Positions 53,337 to 64,000 of a DNA stretch of 64,000 nucleotides are shown here, in pieces; the stretch's first letter is position 1; every line of letters starts with the position of its first letter. The position numbers were made by a program, and so were the translations under genes. Source of the DNA: Gordius albopunctatus (Eukaryota); assembly GCA_964276515.1 (NCBI GenBank), contig OZ193909.1, forward strand, positions 8,680,001 to 8,744,000, written 5' to 3'. The notes under the pieces are model-generated. The model had not been told where the DNA came from. It saw only the letters and a program-made list of their open reading frames with translations, and made no database searches.

Positions 53337-55312
53337 CTTTATATATAAGCTACTGTGTGTGTGTGGTGTGTGTATATATTAACTCTCCCCCCCCTCTTCT
53401 CTTTCCCTTCTCACACAACCCAGCTTATAATGAGAGCATGGGATAGTGCGTGCAGCGTGCTGCTACAAGCTATGAATATGCTATGCTATGCTATATGCAG
53501 TAGTTAAGAAAGAGAGGGAGAGAGGGGTAGGGGATAGTTATCGTTAATAAATATGGTTCGTGCTGTGCAGGCAGCGCGCACCGATTTTAATTTTTAACTA
53601 TAATCGTGGTGTTATACCTCTCTAAGTAAAAACGTATCCGTAAAAGTTGATAAAAATAAATGTTTTAGGTTAAATTAGCCGGGGGGGGGGAGGGGGGCAA
53701 AACATAAAATTCGTTAAAACTTTGAATTATAGTGGTATTGTTTAATCCTCAAGAGTATTCCTAAAAATCCCGAAGGCGAGAGTATTCGTGGGGTAACTTC
53801 TTATAACTTTTAAAGTATTCCTTTAAAACCTTTGAAATTTTAAAAATATGTTTATAAAGGTCTTAAGATTGACGGTATAAATTTTGATATATATCTAATA
53901 AACATTACAAAACTTATTAACAATTTTCTGGGCCACAATTTTTTTGGTTATTTTAGAGCTTCTCCTCCTTTTACCTCTTGACATCATATACCTTAAAATA
54001 AATTTAAAAAAAACGTGATTTTGTATTAAAAGAATGTTCAAAATGTATTAAAAACACAAATTGTAAAAGATATCATCAAACAAACAAAAAAAGCTTCTAT
54101 ATTTTAAAAAGTATTGGGTCAAAACCTATAAAATCCCCACCCTATCACTGCCCCTGCAAATGGCTAGTCAATACATGTACTTGTACAGGTATTCATTTCA
54201 TTTTTCTTGTTTTATATTCTCCATAAAAATTTATATGCATTCCGATTCCCTAAATTTGGAAGTATCACATATTTCTGAAGTTAACTAAATATTCAATTTT
54301 CTCAAATTTATTAATAATTTAGGCGGATAATACAAACTCATTTTACGTATCCACCTCTCTCCCTCTCTTTAACTACTGAATATAGCATAGCATATGCATA
54401 GCTTGTAGCAGCACGCTGCACGCACTATCCCATCCCTCCCTCTCTTAACTTATGCATTATGTATGCGTCATTCATAGCATAGTAATTAGTAGCGCATCGC
54501 CTCCCATACAAAATAATATTTAGGTGATGTGGGGTTGGAGCTGGGTGGAACGGGTTTGGGAACAGGGATGGAGCAAGGCGACTAGCCTTACTATTCGGGT
54601 GTGAATATTTTCGAGCAAGGGTATCCCCATGCTCTCATTATAAGCTGGGTTGTGTGAGATAGAGCCCTGCAAAGTCACATTTTTTCAACCCGAACCCGAC
54701 CCAAAAGCGTTTTTAATTTTTCAACCCAAAAACGACCAGACACGAAAACAAGTTGAGCATCTAACAAAGTCTATTTTCTTGTCATTTTCATCATATATGA
54801 AATCGAATGATTGCCAAACCTTGGATTTACCCACCAAATTCTTTTCCACTCTATAAATTTTATTGTCAATCAGCTTCTGTAATTTATGTGGATCCATAAT
54901 AATTCACTTAATTAATAATAAATATTATAGTTATTATATATTTTACCTATGTAGAGTTTGAAATTGGCCAGATACAAAAATAAGAAGAAATGAATGAATA
55001 AGATTCATTAATGATACATTTCGATATTAATTAAAAAATGTTTTATATGTAATAGCATTAATTTGAAAGATATGTTTGTTATGCAATATAAGATTTATAA
55101 CCTTCAACCCGACCCGACCCGAATGCGTTTTAAATTTTTCAACCCGAACCCGACCCGAAACTATTATAAAATTTCCAACCCGAACCCGACCCGGGCGTCG
55201 GATCGGGTTTCGGGTCACCCGTGCAGGGCTCTAGTGTGATAAGGGAAAGAGAAGAGGGGGAGGAGAGTTAATATATACACACACCACACCACACAGTAGC
55301 TTATATATAAAG
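53337..55312. mobile_element. Foldback-type element with long TIRs; right arm interrupted by a hAT MITE
   Basis: Left arm CTTTATATATAAGCTACTGTG..GAGAGGGAGAGAGG (53337-53530) is mirrored by 54355-54435, 54626-54659 and 55240-55312. Confidence 0.7.
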
Positions 55313-55979
55313 ATTTTTTAATTAATATCGAAATGTATCATTAATTAATTTCATTCATTCATTTAATTGATTTCCTTGTAATTCACTTCTTATTTTTGTA
55401 TCTGGCCAATTTCAAACTCTACATAGGTAAAATATATAATAAATATAATATTTATTATTAATTAAGTGAATTATTATGGATCCACATAAATTTCAGAAGC
55501 TGATTGACAATAAAATCTATAGAGTGAAAAAGAATTTGGTGGGTAAATCCAAGGTTTGGCAATTATTCGATTTCATATATGACGAAAATGACATGAAAAT
55601 AGACTGTTAGATGCTCAACTTGTTTTCGTGTCTGGTCGTTTTTGGGTTGAAAAATTAAAAACGCTTTCGGGTCGGGTTCGGGTTGAAAAAATGTGACTTT
55701 GCAGGGCTCTATCTCACACAACCCAGCTTATAATGAGAGCATGGGGATACCCTTGCTCGAAAATATTCACACCCGAATAGTAAGGCTAGTCGCCTTGCTC
55801 CATCCCTGTTCCCAAACCCGTTCCACCCAGCTCCAACCGCACATCATCTAAATATTATTTTGTATGGGAGGCGATGCGCTACTAATTACTATGCTATGAA
55901 TGACGCATACATAATGCATAAGTTAAGAGAGGGAGGGATGGGATAGTGCGTGCAGCGTGCTGCTACAAGCTATGCATAT
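54392..55979. repeat. Long inverted duplication, arms 54392-55039 and 55313-55979
   Basis: Arms of about 650 bp are near-identical reverse complements around a spacer of about 270 bp. Confidence 0.9.
54660..55233. mobile_element. hAT MITE with TAGAGCCCTGCA TIRs
   Basis: Same TIR as 43479-44133. TSD GTGTGAGA / GTGTGATA. A partial relative lies at about 47950-48220. Confidence 0.85.
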
Positions 55980-56416
55980 TTAGATGAAGCCATGGAGCCA
56001 TATTATGGTAGATTCCATTTAAAACAATTTATACGTGGTAAGTCCATAAGATTTGGGTTTAAGTTTTGGTGCTTGAACAAGCCCAATGGCTATTGCTGCC
56101 GTTTTAAACTATATGAAGGGCGCGTGGAACGAGAATCCGGAATAACCCTCGGTGCTGCTGTTGTCAAAAAACTAGTTACAGAGTTTGTCCCTCCGAATAG
56201 TTAAATATATATTGATAACTTCTTCAATTCTTTACCTTTATTGGAAGATTTGGCTAAAGATTCAATCCGACTGACAGGCACAATACAGGCCGACAGGATT
56301 CAAAAAGCCCCTCTCCAAGATTTAAAAAAAGCGCCAAGAGGAGCTTAGCAAGCACTTCGAGAAAAATATTCTAGGATTCAATTGTACAGATGGAAAACGA
56401 CAATAGCCAGGTGACA
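55980..56416 (+). pseudogene. piggyBac transposase central catalytic fragment
   Basis: LDEAMEPYYGRFHLKQFIRGKSIRFGFKFW, YIDNFFNS and TGTIQADR. Confidence 0.85.
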
Positions 56417-57230
56417 GAATAATGAATTTTTCAAAATTTTTGTTGATATGTTCCATCAAAACATTAACCTTATTCAAGCTTCCAATTTCCAGGTTGCTAG
56501 TGTTATCGGAAAAATGTAGATATTTAAAAATCATTTGAAATCTATCTCTTGAAATACAATTAGCGATTGCAATGTTGTTAACATCGGCCTGAGTTTCCCA
56601 ATACAGGCGTTTTTTAGGTAGTTTACAATAACCAGATACTAGTAAGACTCCAAGAATTTTGTACATTTCCTCACAAGAAACGTTAAATGTTTCATCACCA
56701 TATTTATATTTGGCATATTTTTCACTTTCCCTGCATATAAGCTCTATTAAATCAAGATCCCAAAACAGTTGAAAAACTTGCAATGGTGTAAGAGATGATT
56801 TTAGTATTTCATTTACTATATAAGGAGCATTCTCTTGTACATTTTGTATTTTGCATGTTTTTTTTGTTTCTGGTATAAGTTTAATTGGAACCCATTCTAA
56901 GGGTTTTTGCTTTTTATATGGATTTTCCTTTCTAAAATTGGACATATTGGTTGTAGTTGGTAACAACATTTCAGTATGTAAATGTGTGACTTCATTTTCT
57001 ATGTTTGTTATAATAACCTCAGCTTTCCTAGATAATACACCAGGTCCTAATTTATGAGGATTATCAATAAAAACTTCAGTTTCATCTTCTGAAATTTCAT
57101 CATAATCTGTATCATAACCATCAACAGGTGGAAGAAGGGCTAAATCAACGGCTTGAATATTGCTCATTAAACTACTATTTGATTCTAAAAGTGTAAGCAA
57201 TTCTTCTGTATTTATGGGCCTTATGATATA
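56417..57230 (-). pseudogene. piggyBac transposase N-terminal fragment
   Basis: Acidic N-terminus, TPLQVFQLFW..ICRESEKYA, LPKKRLYW and ISRDRFQMIFKYLHFSDN. Confidence 0.85.
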
Positions 57231-57278
57231 TACGACACTAATATTTAAGAGCATATATAAATATGAAAATACAATTAA

Positions 57279-57942
57279 TCTATATATATAAAGTAAAGTG
57301 TATGTATGTATGTAAGGGCTAAATTCTGAAACTACTGGCGCGATTCGCGCGAAACTTTACCCGTAGGTTCCCAGGGTGGCCAGAGGTAAAATAGATTTTC
57401 CAGATTCCTAAAATACCTTTTCGTTTTAAAAATATCGGACATTTCCCGGCCAGCTTCATTTATAGCATCATATACAATAATGACGTCATACATACAAGCT
57501 TGAAGTTTTCTCGAATTAGATATTTAAAAGTATAATAAAAATGTTACAGTATACGGTCAAAATTATATTTAAATTAAATAAATAAAATTAAAATTATGCA
57601 ATTTTTGCCATTATTATCACGTGGTCGATCATAGAAGCATATTTTTACTAATTATCCATCCTTCAATTAATTAAAACACTTCTGTCACTCAACTGTGCAT
57701 GTTATCGCTAAACATCGCTACCTAATAAGTATTTAAAACTGTTATAAATCTGTTTAATTAATTATAAATATGCCTTTTTCTATTAAGTTAATATTTATTT
57801 GCATAATATAAAAATTTATTTTTTCACATCACAAACTCTCTTTCAGCTGACCCAAATTCTTCCATATATTTCCTATTGCTAGGTACCAATTATTTAGCCA
57901 AATAAGTACTAAGCCAAAGACCGCTTGGCCGCGCACAGCTAG
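57279..57942 (+). mobile_element. Non-autonomous Helitron, 664 bp
   Basis: A|TCTATATATATAAA start; hairpin GCCAAAGACCGCTTGGC then CACAGCTAG|T end. Confidence 0.85.
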
Positions 57943-58378
57943 TATTATATAAAATATATATCTTGTTAAAGAGCATTTCTTATAGAATAAGAATATGGCA
58001 AATTTACTAAGATTAATGTTAAATATAAGGAAGTTTATTAACAAACACTTACAGAGGGTCCTATTTTTTCGGATTTTCAAAAATACTCTTTCTTTTACGG
58101 GATATAGAAGGCATTTAAAATGGAAACACAATAAAAATGATCCACTTGGAAGGTAGAACACATTTTAAGCTTTAATTAAAACTATGTTTCGTAATATCAA
58201 AAGGCCTTTAAGTATATAAATTTATAGACTAAAAATGGTCTATTTTGCGTATGATAAATACGACGATAGTACTAAATGGGTTAATCTAAACCCTGAAGAT
58301 GCTCAGCTAGATGTAATTATGGGGTGGAAAAAGACTAACTTTTGTTACCAAACTTAACAAAATTAGCTATTTGTCAAT

Positions 58379-60086
58379 GAGAACAAATTATTGTGCTCCG
58401 TACTTAATTCATTTTTTGATCAGTAGAATATTCAAATGCTCAGTAGAATAATTTAATGTTCAGTAATTTAATTATTTGTTCAGTATAAAATTCATTTATT
58501 CAGTTTTTTATTTAAATCTTGTTTAGTAATTTTTTTAATTATGCAAAGTAACTATGAACTAGTTTTTAAAATAAAAACCTAAAGGGAGATTCGAACCCCC
58601 ACTATCTAAGTAAGAGTCTCTTGTGTTACCCATGGAGTCAAAATGCATGTCTGAAAGGTGGTTTAATTAAGTTAATATATTAATAAAAAATTTTTATTAT
58701 ATAAAGTACTTCTTTTGCGCTCATTTGAAATAATTTTATACTTTAATACTAGTTTATTATATAGGTTATACTGGCAGACAAAGTGTACCAGAAGGAAATT
58801 TTAAATTATATTGATACAATTTAATTGTCTTAGAATGCCAAGGTATTTGAAAAAGCATCTAGTTTATTTATGGAACATCTAGGGCCTTTAAATTTTGATC
58901 AAGAAAAATAATACAGGGTATGAGGTGTATAGACAGTGTATTCCCACCGCAAATAATGCCTTAGAATCAGCCAATAGGCTTATAAAGATGAATTCTCACT
59001 GAGAGAACGCCTACCACTTAGTAGGTTTAAGGTCATGGCTTTGGACAAGGTTAAAACTTAGTACTCTGAATATAAATACTCCAAAAAATTGTCAAAACCT
59101 ATGATAAATTTGAAGCTATGGACAGAAGGTTATGAATTTGCAAGTAATAATATTAATAAACTGCCAAAAAAAACATCTTAATATTACTGAGTATTGTATA
59201 CCAGCAAGAAGTTATGGTTAGTGAAAATAAAATCAGTTATGTGAATTTCCAAATGATTGTGAAAAATGCTTTAAAGGCAAGCGCATTTGTTGCTTTTTAT
59301 ACAATATATTTGCAAGCATGTGGTTTTATTGGCAATTAAACTTAAATTTTGCCAACCATCTAAAGAAGCCAAAAGTCTGGGGCAAAAAAGAAAGCGAGGT
59401 AGACCCTTAAAGGCTAAATCAGCCTTCATTGTTTAGTAATAGTAAGTTTAGATAATTTAAAACTGATTTTATAACAAATTTTAGGTTTTTGAAATGAAAG
59501 TTGTATCCAGCAAAATTTGTCTATTTTCCATTTTCAATTCTTAATAATTATTTTGTGATTATATTGAAATAAAAATTTTATATTTTGCCTTTATAAAGTT
59601 TAAAATTGATAACTCTCAATAAATTTGCAAATAAATAAATTATAAACAGGAGCATAGTATAATTTAAGAAGGGAGAGACAGAGCATTTTACAATGGGAAA
59701 TATAGGTTATTACTTTTCATAGCTTTTCTAATTTGCCATATTTATTTAAAGGGTGAGAAGGGAGGAAATAATTCAAGATACTAAGATACTTTTAATTGAT
59801 AAAAATTTAGCAATCAGGTCTCCAATCTGTTTAATTTAGCCAAATTAAAAAACTATTTTAATTTCCACAAACTCAATTTAACTTTATTTTTATTAAATAT
59901 TAACGCTAAATAGATTAATATTGAGTATTATTAATTAAAATTAGAGCATTTTATATTTATAATTGAGCATTATTAAGTTTATTTATACTGAACATTCTTG
60001 AATTTTTTACTGGGCACATTAATAAAATACTGAACATATTTTACTGAGCATTTTTGAATTTTTTACTGAGCATTTAAATAACATCC
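58379..60086 (+). mobile_element. MULE/Mutator-type element with 9-bp TSD
   Basis: TSD TTTGTCAAT at 58370-58378 and 60087-60095. Inverted GCTCAGTA / TACTGAGC arrays. Remnants NNALESANR, CKHVV and KRKRGRPLKAK. Confidence 0.85.
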
Positions 60087-60622
60087 TTTGTCAATTCCAG
60101 CCACAAGTGCTATGCGTGAAGGCATATTCAGTAAGGCAGAGAAGAAGGAAATTATTGCCTGATAGATTATATAATCTACAATTTTTAAATGACAATATTA
60201 AATTAAAATTTTAGATTAAAACCGATTTTATATGGAATAGCTAAGTTATTTTTTGAACAATACAAAATGGTTTTTAATTTTAAAACAAGGTAGACTTGTT
60301 TTTACTCGCACGAGCCTGATGCAGCACAATTTTTGGGTAATTTTGCGGGCAGGCTGCATGCCAAAAAATAATTTTTGTGCAGGTATGGGCTGGGCCTGAA
60401 CATAAAATTTCGGCCCATGCAGACCTCTAATCAGGTCTACGCCCTTACCAGAAATCAACCAAATCTAAGATAGTTGATCTAAATCGTCTGATTTTGACAA
60501 TTCTACTTAGAGAAACGCACAAATTAGGTGATTTTAATAATTAGAAAGTCCAGTTTGAGCTGAGCTTTAGAATGTTTAGATACTAGAGTTGAATTGAAAA
60601 AACTTTAAACGATATTTTTTAC

Positions 60623-62426
60623 CAGTAAGTCTTTTTTCTTCTTCAAAATTATCATTTTTTCTTTTAGAGAGACGTTCTTCATCAAACAATCTTTTCCATT
60701 CCATGAATGTATCAGGGCTAACAGGGGTTCCATCTATTCTTTTCTAAATCCCAATATATATATTTTTTCAATAATTTGATTATAAAAAGTATTACACTAA
60801 TAATATAATCAAAAATTTACAAGAAAAACACTTGTGTTATAATCACGCTATGAAATAAACTATATGGAAGTTAAATAAAACTTTAAAATTATTTTAAAAA
60901 TATAGGGGGCATTAATAATAAATTGCATAGCGATTAAAAAATTACCTAAACATTTTGACACAAAGTATATTTTTCTTTAGATAATAATTTCTCAAAATTA
61001 ATGTAAGATATGTATTTTTATTCTACACAATCTATGGTTTAAGATTAGTGCTTAAACCAAAACCAATTTTTTGTATAAAAAATCTCTGAATGCCATTTAA
61101 TGAACTGACTAATTAAGTATTTATGCATATACAAAGTATATAGTAATATTAGTTACCAATTTGTTTTTTTTTAATTTCTAACTTGGCTCTTATTTTATTT
61201 TCAATCTTAGTTGTTAAAATAAAACATTATCTATAAAATAAACAGAGATAAAAACAAAGAAAATCATATTATTAATAAAATTAGGACAATATATCAAGAC
61301 ATGTGGAGATCTCAAAATGTAACTCTTAAACTCATTTATTTAAAATTGCCACATATTTGGACAAATTAGTTAAGCCTTTGCATATAAAAGGTAAAAACCT
61401 TAGTAATAAAAATTTGATATTAGTTATACACATAAAAAAATGAACTGAACAAATGTTGTGAGTTATTGTCAAAACACTTAAAAGCAATAAATCATTAGAA
61501 AGAAATGATGGATAAGGAAATCTCTTGAACAAGTTAGATTAATAACTGATTCACTATTTACAAATAAAAATTTTATTTTTTGTTATAATAAGTGCATAAA
61601 TGCTTTTAGGAAAATATTTACCTTTTGATTATTATAGAACTTTTTTGTTTAAATCCATAAAACAGAGTTTAATTAATTTAGGAATATTAAAACATTACAA
61701 ATGAAAAAGCATATTATTTTTACAAAGGAATAAAATAATTTGGGTTTCAAAGCCTATATTATATACCAATTTAGTAGCAGTAATTGCAAAGATCATTTTT
61801 TAATACTGAGAAAATACAGGATAAAAATATACATATCTCTCTGTCTCCTTAATTAGTTTCTCTTCATCATCTTGTTTTATTTGCCTTTCATTATCTAAGT
61901 GCCACCAATCTTGAACCATTGTAATGAGATCATATACCATGGGTGAGCCCAAATTTTTCTTAGCCTTTAAGGAATTAATTTTTTTAATTTTGACAAAATG
62001 TGCATTAAATTTGAAATTGCTTTAAAAAATAGGATATGAATAGCTGGTAATTTTATTTAACTTCTAACTCTAAAACATTGAGCATTTGTTCCTTTTGTCG
62101 ATTTGACATTTTATCAGATATAATAGTCATTATAGGTGTTGAATATGGGTAGTCATTAGGAAGGGAAAATTGTAAAATACAATTATCTAATAAGTTAAAA
62201 CATACAATAATAATCTATTACCAAAGGTATTAGAATTCTCAAGACTTTGACATAGCCTGATCTGAAACTGTAAATTTTTATTATTTTTTGAATGAATTTC
62301 TAGCAAAAGATGAAACATTATATCAAATTTAAAACCTGTAATATCATCAAGAAATATCATCCTTAATGCCTCTAGCTCAATTTCTTGTTCCTCTTTACAG
62401 CCAGACGCCTTATTGGTGAGAGGCAT
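60623..62426 (-). CDS. RWDD1: RWD domain-containing protein 1 / Gir2-like (exons 62336-62426, 62222-62299, 62062-62186, 61833-61964, 60623-60743; last codons uncertain)
   Basis: EEQEIELEALRMIF, LQFSLPNDYPYSTP (RWD YPxxxP), NLGSPMVYDL and DGTPVSPDTFMEWKRLFDEE..LTG (DFRP-type C-terminus). All introns are GT-AG and in phase. It ends either by read-through to a stop near 60577 or via a small exon ending at 60465. Confidence 0.85.
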
Positions 62427-62639
62427 AATCTGAGTAATAAAGGGACCGATCTTACACGATCCAAATTTTTGGACTAGATAAACGATCCATAATTCCTTAT
62501 GTAGTCAGGATTTGCTTAATGGGGGGGAAGCTGTCAAAAAAAATTTTCCACATTTTATTGTAATGAAATGAAGATTAAAAAGCAAAAAAGTCAGACCCAC
62601 GGGCAGGCAACTAACCGAAATTTAGATATTCAAGTCAGC

Positions 62640-63360
62640 AAGGGTCGCACTGGGAGATGTACAAGAATGCAATAAGTATCGGGGATAGATTTGACGAGTC
62701 ACGTAATGAAGGTGTGGTAAAAGGTTGTAGAAGCTAATCTCCAAAAAATAATCTAAATAGATGAACGACAATTTGGGTTCATGCCTAGAAAGTCAACTTC
62801 AGATGCAATATATGGTCTTAGGCGACTTATGGAATTATATAAGGAAAAACAAAAGGTTCTTCATATGTGTTTTACCAATCTTGAGAAAGCCTTCGACAAA
62901 GTGCCAAGGCAGTTGATATGGTATAGCCTGAGGTGTGCCCGACGCTTATATAATGTTAATAAAGGATATGTATAGAAATGCAAAAACCAAAGTTCAAACA
63001 TCCAGCGGTACATCAAAGGGATTCAGTCTAAAAGTCGGTGTGCACTAAGGATTGCCCCAAAGTCCTTGCTCTTTATAACAATAATGGATGAAAACGAAGA
63101 AACTGAAACGCGAATCACCTTGGGCAATAGTCTTTGCGGATGATATAGTATTGTGCGCCTCAGATGTGGAATTAGAAGCAGGTAAAAGTGTAGATGGAGC
63201 GAATTAAAAGCAAAGCCTTAGGGTCAACCCAGATAAAACTTAATATGTATGCTTGGAGTCGGGCAATGAATACAAAGAAACACACCTGCAAATCGATGAT
63301 TGGTGTTTAAGAAGTAGAAAGGAATTTAAATATTTTAGTTCTAGGGTACAATGTGATGGG
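62640..63360 (+). mobile_element. RTE LINE RT fragment
   Basis: QFGFMPRKSTSDAIYGLRRLME..FTNLEKAFDKVPR, PWAIVFADDIVL and EFKYF. Confidence 0.85.
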
Positions 63361-63659
63361 GGTGTGAATTTTTTTTTGGGCCCCCCGGGCTCCCCCCTGA
63401 AAGAAACCCTGATGATAATAATAAAAAATGCTAATATTTTTAATTATGTAACGTTTTAAACAACTATTACTTACTAGTAAACAAATATTAAAAGGTGTAT
63501 GTCTGGTGGCCATTTATAGGATTTGCAAAATAGCACTTCAGATGCAAACCAACGATTCCAAAAATGTCCTATAAAAACATAGAAAAGTAATTTAAACCCA
63601 AAAATACCTAGATGATCTAATTTATTAGAATATATTATGCCATTATCACCGGAGCCCAT

Positions 63660-64000
63660 TAATGTTCAGCTTATGGTCCTTTCTTCTTTATAAAGATAGT
63701 GAATACTTTTAAAAAGTGTTTGAGTAAGGAAGCACCTTGGGGAGGGATGTTTACAGACAATATAATCCTGTGTGCCAAAGGGCAACATCAATTTAGACTG
63801 GCAAATGCAATAAAATAAAGTGGTTTCATGTTAATTTGAAATTAAAAAGAGTAGATGTAGACAAGGTTTAAATTATTTAATTGCATGGGAACTTAAAAAT
63901 TATAATCCTTTAATATGTAGGATCTAGACTTCAAGTAGATGATGGGATGGATAAAGAGATCCAAACGAGGATGAATGCTGCATAGTCCAAATGGAAATAT
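63660..64000 (+). mobile_element. Second decayed RTE RT fragment
   Basis: GPFFFIKIVN..KEAPWGGMFTDNIILC and RIQTRMNAA..KWK. Confidence 0.6.

Larger units (their letters stand above)
52088..60429 (+). mobile_element. hAT element shell (8.3 kb) interrupted by nested insertions
   Basis: TIRs TAGGGGTCTGCATGGGC / GCCCATGCAGACCTCTA with TSD ATTAGGTC / ATCAGGTC. Transposase remnants at 52232-52618 (PYEKAS..TPTLYKV..STFLVPTFR) and a dimerisation domain (W..NLTKLA | LSIPATSA..IFSKA) split across 58310-58378 and 60087-60145. Confidence 0.75.

Noticed and set aside
62187..62426. 79-aa ORF as a complete gene
   Set aside because: It is read-through of RWDD1 exons 1-2 into intron 2; the spliced model continues through conserved downstream exons.

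Overview
AT-rich eukaryotic (invertebrate, probably ecdysozoan) genomic DNA with spliceosomal GT-AG introns and heavy transposon load. Host genes reconstructed by hand: the 5' part of an Efa6/PSD-like gene, recognised by its microtubule-elimination motif, running off the left edge on the - strand; an intronless 820-aa PTB/PID-domain gene; an orphan single-pass Lys-rich ORF; a complete 6-exon troponin C gene; and an RWDD1/Gir2-like gene with 35-36 nt introns. Mobile DNA: a near-intact autonomous Helitron (16475-22608) and a related non-autonomous copy; DINE-1/HINE-like elements with central tandem repeats, tRNA-like Pol III boxes and, in one copy, a serpin-like exon; RTE and other LINE relics; two MULE-type elements with 9-bp TSDs and non-inverted termini; hAT MITEs; fragmented piggyBac; foldback structures; and an 8.3-kb hAT shell full of nested insertions. 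I found no prokaryote-type system, CRISPR array or rRNA. The best candidate for something undescribed is the Helentron-like repeat family that combines Pol III boxes, a higher-order CCAAT array and apparent exon capture. All family assignments come from motif recognition, not database searches.
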